Made by a program: the position numbers and the translations under genes. From contig CDRNST010000054.1 in the NCBI GenBank assembly GCA_977016875.1, positions 930,001 through 994,000 on the forward strand: DNA of 64,000 bases. The letters are read 5' to 3'. The DNA comes from Pavona decussata. Its lineage: Eukaryota. The notes beneath the pieces were generated by a model, which saw only the letters and a list, made by a program, of their open reading frames with translations, ran no database searches and was not told where the DNA came from. Shown here one piece after another: positions 46,752 to 57,400 of the stretch. How positions within the stretch are numbered: the stretch's first letter is position 1; every line of letters begins with the position of its first letter.

Positions 46752-49135
46752 TTGACACTGGCTGTCACTATGGATGTTTTATAAAGACATACCCATCTCA
46801 TTTTCATCAACACAGTGATCGTCCAAGATGTGGAAAAAGTGTTTTAAAGAATCTTGAACTCCTGTCTCTGAGTTGTCTTCAACGCAGATTCAGCGATTGA
46901 TTTATAACAGAGGCCTGTAATGAGAACCGTCTTTTGCCTTAAGCTGAGAAACAATCGCGGGACTGACCCGAAGATGTGTTACATTCGGTCGTGTTCCTCG
47001 GGCCCTCTCGCGTCTCCCCGTGGCCTCAATCCTTGTTGATCACTCAATTCATGAGTATACGCCTAACTCAACTACAGTCCTTCACTGCATCACAGATATT
47101 GCGAATGTTCTCTGCTCGCATGGTGCAACTTGCTGTGCTCGCAAATTTTATTTTGCCAATTTCTCAAAATCGCAAAGAAGCTTTTAACTAGACACAGCTG
47201 TCTTCTTTGATGTAAGATACCTTTTGAATAAATCTGTAGTATGGAAAATTGACAAGGAAAATAAAAGAAACAGTCATGATTTAAATGGGTGTTTTTGGAG
47301 AACTTCATACATCATTTGTCAGATTTGTAAATGAGTACTTTAAGGGTTCCACACAGAGTAACGTCAAGAAGCAAAGTAACCCAGCACCGTGAAAAAAACC
47401 TTTCACCTGGGAAATTACTTTCGGTGTATGAAAAAGTATTTAGTGTTCTCGACGACTTCTTTGCGCGCTGGCGTATTCCGACCCGCACAATTGTTATTTG
47501 TTTTTTTTTTATTTTTTTTTATGATGATGATTCAAAACATTTATTACAATTACAGAGGCACTACAAAGTTTTAAATAACAATAAAATTTTTTATAATGGA
47601 GTAAATTACTGCTGCGTGGCCAAAAACAGCCGCGCAGTTGCTGAAAGTGGCATTTATTGTTCTTGGTGGAAATGTATTTTTCTACTTGGTATTTGAACCT
47701 AGCTTTGAATTTGAAACACCCAATGTTAGGAAGTGCCTGTTTTTTTCTGCAATGTATCAATTAATATAAGATAATTTAATAGGGGGTATGATGATATTGC
47801 AATTCCAATTATGATGTCTTGTAAACGAAAAGCTTGAAATTCCTCGCTAGTGCAAATTAAAAGGTTTCTCCAGTTAAGGCTGATTTGAGAGCAAACGAAA
47901 AAAGAAAAAAGTGATCTAATGTTTCTGGATCAAGCTTGGATCAGTTTTGCAAAAAGTACATTTTCCATGCTGGAGATACCCAATTTTAAAAAAGTTTTGT
48001 GTTGGTGTAAAGTATTGAATTTAGAACTTTATATTGAAAAGATTTGACGTAGGGCTCTTGTGGAAGGATGAAAGCAAGTCAGATGAATTAAAATCATGTT
48101 TTAGTTTCTTTGCATTACTAGGTAGTTGGGCTTTCTCAGAAATTATTAAGGAGTAGCAGAATGTTGAAATCTTAGCTTTTATGACAAATTTCATCTCCCT
48201 GTATAAAATGAATATTGTCTTTATGCACTTTACTGTTTCCACACTACAGTAGAAGGTATTGAGACCTGTCCATGTAAAGAAGTCTTTTTAAAAACTATGT
48301 TACTAATTGCGTTAAAGGATTCTACATTGTTGATACATATTCCAGAGTCATGGCAAACCCATGGCACACACAAGAAAATATCTTAGTTTTACGAGGGCAT
48401 TGTATCGAGTGTAAGTAAGTAGGTAAGCGTTATTTAAGCACGTAACATTGATGAGCAACCAAAAGGCTCGTTACTTTTCTTTGCCTACATAAATTAAATT
48501 TGCGAAGCTGAGTTGATAAACAATTTCAGATAAGTGGCATCAGGTAGAACCCACTCTCAGATGACACATTTATGTCATTGTTGACGTCGACCTTGACAAA
48601 ATTTGCAAAGTGTTTTATCCCCAGACACAAGAGAAGGATGGATGTCTCCAAGATCTCTTCGAAATAAATTTCAATCTTACGCGCAAAAAGAATGTGATGT
48701 TGTAGAGAAATTAATTTGGTTTAGAACACTTGTCCAATAACCGCCGAGGAGCACTTTCCTTAGTGTCTTCTGTGAGAGGTAACATTTGGATCCCTCCAAT
48801 CGAAAATTTCAGTATCAGCTCGCTGGGCGGGGCCCGCGAGCAATCTTGGACAATTGAAATAAAAAAAAAATTAAGACCACTCCTCCTCCATTTCAATAAT
48901 GGAACATTGGCGGCGCCAACAAATTAACTTGCGAGAATTTCTGCTATCTTCATCACCACGGTGAAACCTTACCTGGATACCAAAGCCGAAAAAGTTGTCT
49001 ACGTTAAAGAAATCGCGATCAATTGCTACAATGCATCTTGTAACTGCTAGGGATGGATGAGACGGTAGGAAGGTTGGCTTCGCTTTGTGGAACAACAAGT
49101 GATGGCGCAATGACGATGATGAAACTTGGTAACTG

Positions 49136-49922
49136 CAGGCCCGTAGCAGGGGGAGGGGCAGGGGGGGCTCGAGCCCCCCCAGAATTTTTGGAAGTTACAA
49201 AACAGTTTGCCAAAAAAATAAATAATTAAACCAAATTGATGTGCAGCAATCAGTTTTAAACTCTGACGCTGCAAATGCCTTTTCACAGCCCTTTAAAAAT
49301 GTGTTTACTACCTTTCAGTTTCCTTCGTTAACAGTTTGTTTTTATAAACAACAACAAAGGTACTCCTACCTTGTGAATCGGAAATAAAAACCAAAATGGA
49401 TCGACATCAACCAATCTTAATCCCTAAAAGCTGTTGAAATAAACTACTTGTTTTCTAAGGCATCCGCTCATTTATAGCTTAACAAATGTCCTTAGACCTC
49501 CTTAGCGTATAACAATTTAGTGTTCGCGCGTTGTCGAAAGACACACAAATATGTCCACTCAAGAGCCAGAGAAAAATTCTCCCATAGTCGGATTCCTACT
49601 GCCTGGTTAAAGCCAAATTATAAAAGAGAAAGAAAAATTTGTCGTCGTTTGTTTACGTCCTCCTTCAAACGTGAAATTAGGAAACCTCACATGGTAGTCA
49701 CCGTGAAAGAAACGGCAAAAAAGGTGTACCAAAAAGTGTGCAAGTGTGCAGGTGCAAAGTTATTGTTTTACTTACTAAATCTACTTTTTTTCTGTTTTTT
49801 TTTTATGTTCTCGTTGTATCTTAAACTCCCTAATCAGTCTGGTTTTTTGGGGGTGACGGGGGTAGTTTTGTTTAACTATTTTGCTGAGCCCCCTCAGTTG
49901 TTTTAGCCTTGCTACGGGCCTG
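49136..49922. mobile_element. hAT-like MITE, probably containing a nested repeat (~49560-49830)
   Basis: CAGGCCCGTAGCAGGG ... CCTTGCTACGGGCCTG terminal inverted repeats. TSD not evident. Confidence 0.7.
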
Positions 49923-51112
49923 AACCCCGGAACGGTTTTTTCATTGGGGTATCGCCGTCAGCGAGGATTTGAATTTAGAATCAGGATCGCCAATAGAGAA
50001 TTCTTTACTGCTCTGAGAAACTTCCTTCCACAAATCACAATCATACTTTCCCTTATGTCAGAAGTGTAATCAGCTGTAAATAGATGTTAATTTAGATTTT
50101 AGTGCTAATCCAACCTGTTAAATTAATCATGATCAGGTAGTTGCTCATTTACATATCGTCCAGTGTCACCCTTGTATCATTGTTGTAATCTAGCCTCGTT
50201 GATAAAACAGTTCAAATAAAGGCCTGATGACTTCGCCCTGTACCCCACTTGGGAGCCTGTTCGCAGGCTAGCTGATGGCTTGCCAACTCAGGGACGAAAT
50301 ATGATTCTAAGATTAAAAAAAAAATCTGCGTAGATCGAGATAGTTTTTCATCCCGGATGATTTTCTTTCGATTCGAACCCAGAGAAAGCATTAGATTCTT
50401 ATTTGTACGGATGCGGGCTGCCTTTATCTGGAGTTGGCTTGCCTTTGCCGGGGAAGTGGCCGTCCCATGCCGATACCATCTCTCATGAAATTTTGCCTGA
50501 AAAGCCGAGACAGATGAAATTATATGAATTTTTTTTTACTCCAGGTTGTGCTGAAGGGAAGTGGATTTTTCTCACCCAGTTATCATGAAAACAGTGAGAG
50601 GAAAATAAGACATTGGTGAGAAGAAGCGTCCATGGAAGAAATACATCCCGCGAGATGAGATTCCTTGCGCGTGAGAGAGCCGGGTCATTCCGTGGCAGGA
50701 CGTCTCGAAACAAAAACATTTTAGTTGTCTAGGAAGAAAAATGGCAGCGGCGTAATATGAATTTCACGCCTCTAATCTTGAAGATGGGTTGGAGGGTCAC
50801 TTTAAGTTTAATTAAAACTGCCTGCAACTGAAATTTGACTTCATTCCTGGCGAATTGCAGGGAAAATTTCGAAGGGTGCTTGCTTGCTCAAATTCGCATA
50901 AATTTCGCGAGCGCTTGCATGCTCGAATTCTCGTGTTAAAGGTTCAACGAATGCTCGAATTTTCGTAAGTTCTACTACTGTATCGGCATTTTTTGAGACT
51001 GATTGTTTAGCGGGCCGCAGGTTCCTTGTGACATCGTGACGGAAAAGACGTCACGAAACTGCGCAAAAGGTCAGCTCCAGGAAAACAACCACATAAAAGT
51101 TGAACGCGCTAA

Positions 51113-51668
51113 AGGGCGATTTAGAAGGTACGATTTTCTCTTACGACTGTCGCATGCGATTTCTAGAGCGCGCGCTGCTTGCGTCATGCAAAAATCGTAC
51201 ACAACTCTCGCCACTCAACATTGCCTTTACCTACGATTTTCGTAGGATTTTAAAACATGTTTTAAAATCCTACGACATTTTTCGTGTTGTGTGTGTCTGT
51301 CGTAAGGATGTTGTAGGTTGATTTACACGACGCGATTCGTGTTGTAGGCATGGCGTAAGCGTGTCGCATGCGACAAATCGTAGGCAAAATCGTACCGTCT
51401 AAATCGCCCTTAAAACATGTTTTAAAATCCTACGACATTTTTCGTGTTGTGTGCGTCTGTCGTAAGGATGTTGTAGGTTGATTTACACGACGCGATTCGT
51501 ATTGTAGGCATGGCATAAGCGTGTCGCATGCGACAAATCGTAGGCAAAATCGTACCGTCTAAATCGCCCTTAAGAGAGTTGTAGGTTTGATTTACACGAA
51601 ACAATTCGTGTCGTAAGCCTGTCGTAAGCTTGCCGCATGCGACAAAGTCGTACCGTGTAAATCGCCCT
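51113..51668. mobile_element. PIF/Harbinger-type MITE with tandemly repeated right ends
   Basis: TAA|AGGGCGATTTAGAAGGTACGATTTT left TIR. Right TIRs ending AAATCGCCCT at 51410, 51570 and 51668, each followed by TAA or TTA. Confidence 0.85.
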
Positions 51669-52019
51669 TTAGAATTGTTGTGCAATGTGCCGGTGAGAAG
51701 CCCGTGAGAAGGTCTAGTGGATATAGGTAAAATGGCCACAATCAATATTAAGACTATCGAGTCAGTGTGTTACCTTTTTCTATCAAAAATGAACCAAAGG
51801 CAACGACTTTATTCAAAGGAATAAGTTTAGATGTTGCTTGGATATTTTTAAAATGTATATCGACAGATTTTTTTTTTATTTGCTTGATCGAATCTTTACG
51901 TAGTTCTCGTATGAAAATCGAAAAAATAAATCCCCTATCAATTTTTCTTCCCCTCGTTTGAGGCGGACAAATACGTGTAAATTTCACTTCCTCGTTGAAC
52001 CTACTTGACCGGGTATGAA

Positions 52020-52923
52020 TAGAGGTATTCAAATCCCCCGATCCGTGCTATTTTTTGACATCCGTCGATCCGACACCATTTTCGTTCAAATCCGGATCCG
52101 CATTACTTTTAAACTTTCCGTAGTATAAATTTTTTTTTGCTTTTCTTCTACAGAATTTTGATTTTACAGGGAGTTTTCTACCATTGTTATCATTTGGTTT
52201 GCGGCTATCACACCCGTCCTCTCTGGACCCTCGGAAAGCGAATGCCTGGTTTGTAATGATCGATCCCTTATTGAGATGAAATGTAATTACGAAAGATAAG
52301 TTGACGATCATGGAACTGGCAAGAGGATACGCGAATAAATGCCGGTAATCAAGTTATCTATAAGCTACACTCTTTTTTTTTCTTTTAGCCTGAAACAGTT
52401 AAGTAACCAGGTTATAGTATTTCATGAAGTTTTTAGTAGTTTACACTTTTAATAATCCTGAGTGTAGTTAATTTTAAATAGACGTTGAGTGTCACCTTCT
52501 TTACACAAAATAAGAGAATTCGCCACCTTCAGCAAGTTATTTTTTCAAAAAGCGCTCGAAATTAAAATGAAACAGAGTTTCCCACGTCCGTTTTGCGTCG
52601 CGTTTGGCACGTCAGTTTTTTTTTCCCAACGATCTTCAGAAAAATGTCCATGTCCAACACTGTCCTGGATTTTCCTAACCTATCACGAAAACTTCTGAAA
52701 AAGTCCCGAAGAATTTGCGATTATTGCAGAGAAACTTGTGCCTAGACTGAACATCGGCAATGGTAGAAAACTTCGTGTAAATTCAAAATTCTGTAGAAGA
52801 AAAGCAAAAGAAGATTTATACTACGGAAAGTTTTAAAGTAATGCGGATCCGGTTTTGAACGAAAATGGTGTCGGATCGACGGATTTGGCCAAAAAATAGC
52901 ACGGATTGTTTTGAATACTTCTA
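52020..52923. mobile_element. Non-autonomous DNA transposon with ~165-bp inverted arms
   Basis: 52020-52186 (TAGAGGTATTCAAA...CTACCATTG) is the reverse complement of ~52758-52923 (CAATGGTAG...TTTGAATACTTCTA). Confidence 0.85.
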
Positions 52924-53011
52924 GGATTCTTTTGAGGTATTTTATATATCTTGTCCGCCGAATTCCAGTGCAGAAATTAGCTCTCTGGAAATTTCTTAGG
53001 TTGCTTTTATT

Positions 53012-53576
53012 CCCGGGGTGAAGGGGGGTGGAGTACTCCACTATATCGGGAGCCAAAGGGTTTGCCAGTGCGTTTTGGTCTGAAATCGGCTTAATAGGGT
53101 ATATATAGATTTGAACGATTTTGGTCTGAAAGTCTCAAAGTGGGTATTGATTTTACAGAAACTGGCATGGATTCTAGAACGTCTGAAAATGGATATGAAC
53201 TTTAGAAGCCAGCAGTAAAGTAAAGTAAAGTAAAGTAAGTAGTTCACTTAATGTCAGTGCTTGCGAAATCTCCTGAACCAGAGGCTCACGCCGAAGTGCT
53301 TGACATAATCTAGATCGAATTGGAATTTGGAAATGTCGGTTTTTGAGGAGAGAGGAAAACCGAAGTACCCGGAGAAAAACTTCTGGGAGCAAGGACGAGA
53401 ACCAACAACAAAATCAACCCACAAATGACACCGAGTCCGAGAATCGAACCCTGCCACATTCGACACATTCGTGGGAGAGTGCTCTCACAACTGCGCCACT
53501 GCGCCGGGTACTAAAAATTACATGGTTTGGGCTGAAATAGGGCCAGGATTGGAGAACCAGCTCCCCCACTCCCCGG
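53012..53576. mobile_element. CCCGGG-terminated non-autonomous transposon interrupted by a SINE
   Basis: CCCGGGGTG...GGAGTACTCC start and CTCCCCCACTCCCCGG end. TTTTGGTCTGAAA motifs recur on both sides of the SINE. Confidence 0.55.
53215..53505 (-). mobile_element. tRNA-derived SINE with (TTTAC)n tail
   Basis: Minus strand: A box TGGCGCAGTTG, B box GGTTCGATTC, body TTTCTCCGGGTACTTCGGTTTTCCTC (V-SINE-like core), and (GTAAA)n on the plus strand at 53215-53240. Confidence 0.8.
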
Positions 53577-53849
53577 AATTTTAAAGACGCCAAAGGGCGT
53601 AAATGTTGCTCTTTATCCTCCGGAAACCAAAGGAAGTGACGAAAGTTGGGTGGTTTAAAACTCGTAACTTTTGAATGCAGGGTTACACACGACGCTTCTG
53701 AATACGTTTGGTCGCCGGATCTCTTGTAATGGAAATTATGACGTGCCAGACGGCTGACACTAGAGCTGGCATTACGGCAAAGGGCAAATTATTTGGGCGA
53801 ATATTTCAACTGGTACCGCTAGTCTTCTTCAAGGACTTCTTTGCAACGC

Positions 53850-53892
53850 TGGCCCTGAAGAAGACTAATTGTACTAGTTGAAATATTGGCCA
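53850..53892 (+). ncRNA. Candidate minimal type-I hammerhead ribozyme motif (Penelope-like), within a fold-back 53776-53926
   Basis: TGGCC-CTGAAGA-A-GACTA(ATTGTAC)TAGTT-GAAA-TA-TT-GGCCA: 5-bp helix I, core CUGANGA and GAAA, 5-bp helix II, and a 1-bp helix III inside the palindrome AATATT. Confidence 0.5.
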
Positions 53893-54402
53893 AACCAGGA
53901 GCCATAATCCCTGATTGCCCTTTGCCCCTGTTCGTAGTTTTTACACGTACCAAACGGGATTTATGGACAAACCTCTTTGAAGTCATTTAATAGACACAGC
54001 GGGAAAGGTTTAATATTTGTTGATCGAGAGCATGCCTTTTGTTTTGATGGCTCATTTCCGGATTAACAATTGATCGCACTAATTATTTGCCGTTTTTGAA
54101 AAGATACAAACGAACCACTTCAACGTAATTAGCTTCATTGATGGAACCTTTCACAAACAAAAGCAAGAAACCATTTACAATTTCAGAACTATTTGCGTCT
54201 TTTGCGAAAAACACCAAGTTGTGTTTGTATTTCGCAATTATTTTACCACACCTTGCCGGAAAAAGCAGTGTCAGGCAATAAGCCAATTAAATGCCAGAAA
54301 ATACCATCAAAATGATTGACAAGCGGAAATGGTTCTGTCTTATCATAAAAACCACTGAGTTTCGTTGGTGATCACTTTTCGAGGACAGCCCTCGATGCTA
54401 AG

Positions 54403-57400
54403 ATGAAGGAGTTTTTCTATATTTTGCTTTTATTGGGAGTGGGGATCTTTGCTGCGTTTTGTAAAGGTATGTTTTATGTCTGAACCTACTGTCGCTAGGC
54501 CCAATTTGTTGAAACGAAGCTTCAATATTTACGCATTCTTTTCTGGGCATCGAAAGAATCACGTTGAAACGCATCCTGCAGATTTTTTCACCTCGAGTAC
54601 TACCACGTTCGCACTTTCATAGGAATGGCTTTATGTCATCACCACAACTCTTCAATTTATTTATTTGCAGTCTAAAGAACATCGAATCAATGCTTTTCTG
54701 TGGTATTAAACAGCAAACGCGCTGGGAACTTTTTACTCTGCATGCCATGATTGCGATTGTGCAGGATTTGACAATGAATTCAAAGCAACTTGCATTTTGT
54801 TTGCCGTTGTTAGCTTGAGATTTCTTTTCGCGGCAAAAGAACAACTAATTTATTACAGTGCTGTAAAGCTAGAGATGGAAAACGCAGATGTAAGCCTTGA
54901 AGTCGCTACGGTGTTTATGGATAAGGTCACGATCGATCGGCGAACTTTTCTGCTTAGTAATCCTGTCATCGCAGCAGTTTGCAGCTTTTTCTGTAGTCAG
55001 AGCTGTTATGTAAGACTTGGTTATACACTTCAACATTTAGAATTCGTGACAGTTTTTGTGTTCATAGTTTGGACATAAATTTTTTTTAAAGGTGTTTTTG
55101 ATGGTTAGGTTATCCGTAACCCAGACGTGACCTTTTAACGTGCCACTGTTTGTTTCGTACTTTGAGCTAAGCGTTTTGTTTACAGAGGTGAGTAACTGCA
55201 CAATACTCTACCACTCCTGATCACTATTGTCTTCATCTTTCGGTATCCTTTGAAGAACGAAGCCGATAACAGTGCCTGTTCTCATTATAATGAGATGGAA
55301 ATATCAAAGTGGCAGGGACTATTCTGCAGTTAAGCTGTCTCCTTAATCTTTTCGGTTATTTTGAGCCAATGGAAAGGAATTAAGAGATTTTCATTTAATT
55401 GATATTAAAAATTATCCTCTGTCTATATATATGCCTGGTCGCAGGTCAAAATGCCCCCACAAAATATTTCCTAATTCAGACAGGACGACAAACAAAGAAA
55501 CAATTCTCGCCTGTAATATTTTAACAACCCTATGTATCAAAATTATACAATGATGCATTTTTACCAGTTGTTGTAAATGGTTTGAGGCCCAATTTATCTC
55601 TCAACAATAAAGTCATCAGGGCTTAATTAAGGTGCTGTTACACTAGGCAATAATTGCCTTTGTAAAAGGCAATTAATGCCTAGGCAATAATTGCCTAGTG
55701 TAACAGTGTTTCTTGCAACTTGTCTCACAAAAATTATTTTGTTGTGCCGTTGCAACATAAGTTGTACGGATTGTTGGATTGTTGCCTGGTGTAACTGAAA
55801 TGAACATGCCTTGTAATGTTTTTGTTGTAGTCACCATGAATGAAGTAGAAAGGATCTCTACTTCTTGCAATGATTTCGGCAACAAAAAAATATTGCAAGA
55901 CATGTTCATTTCAGGGCATGTTACATTGTCTTATAATAGGCAACAATTCATGCAATGAGTTCGTGTTGCAACAAAATTGGAGACAAGTTTCAAGTAAAAT
56001 TGCCTAGTGTAACAGTGCCTTTATTTAGCAGCCTTATTTTTGCTGCAATCTACACTACTTAGATGTTTTAGCCATTTCTCTCAGCGCAATTGAGCTAATT
56101 GAATAGTTTGAAACATTATTGAATTTTTAACATTTTTGAATTTTTGTAGCTATTTCTTTAAATTTTTTAGTTGTTTGGAGCCTTTGGAGTGGTTGGCTTT
56201 CAAAGGCAAAAAATATCCGTAAATGGTATTTGAACCGCTTTGGTTGCAATCAGTAATCTTAATTTATTTATTAATTCTTGATTTTTCATGAATAATAATC
56301 ATTTGTGAAAATGAGAAATTATTGATTGATCAACCAGGCCATCTGGGATGAGCCCAATTCTCGATTTAACCCTGTTTTGTTTACCACAGACATGTATTTG
56401 AGTTTCTCTCCACCAATTAACACAGCATTGTCCCAAACAAACAAACAAACAAACAAGTAAATAAGAAAGAAGCAAAACAAAATCATGACTTCCTTCTTTT
56501 ATCTTAATTTTGGTGTCATGCTATATTTGTTTAAGACAAGTTCTGGCAACCTTTATGTTAACATTCTAGTTTTATGTAGAACCAACTTGTCCCATGCTTT
56601 CAGCATGTTTGAATGACTGCAGTTTTCCATGTTGTGCAGAAAAGCCAAAGTTAATATACCAGCTGTCATTTTCCTGTATATCGCATCCAGTGATAAGCAT
56701 TTTGGACAAGCATTAATTTATTACTCCATATCAATTGATCATAGGCCCTTTGTTTATCACTTAGTGCAGTGAGGTTGATTGCAAGAGGTTTATAATTATT
56801 TGCATTGTGGATAATTTGAAATTTACTGAGCATATACTTTAAGGTTTTTCTTGATCCAATAGTGAAGCTGTACTACTGTGCTAGCAATACGCTGATAGCA
56901 TATTTTAATTAATACAGCATTACAGAAGTATGAATGTATTTATAATATTTAACATTTATTTTAAATATATATTGTATGGTATTTGAAGATCAGTTTTTTC
57001 GTTCAGATTGTGTTTTGTAGGTGAGTAGTGTAGGGTGCATTCTCTCCCCCCCCCCCCCCTCGCCTCCAAAAATGGGGGCATTTTGGGCTGGGGACAAAAG
57101 TAAAAACTTTGATGAACTCTGATTGGTTTGGTGAAAATGTTAATTCAAGTCATTGCCAACAGATGGGGGGAGGGTGGGGGGTGCCTGAGGTCATGTGCAG
57201 CCCCATGCATTTCTACTAGCTTAGTGCGAATGGTATCCATAGCAACCCTGTGGGTGGCAACCACCCACCAGGTACTGTCACACTCAGCAAAAAAATTCAG
57301 TGGAAACCAAAAGAAAATAGCTAGCGCAATTCCTTTATTAACATACACACCTGAAAAGGCAGATAGGGGAGTGTTTGGGAGCAAACGTTCTTGTGCACCA

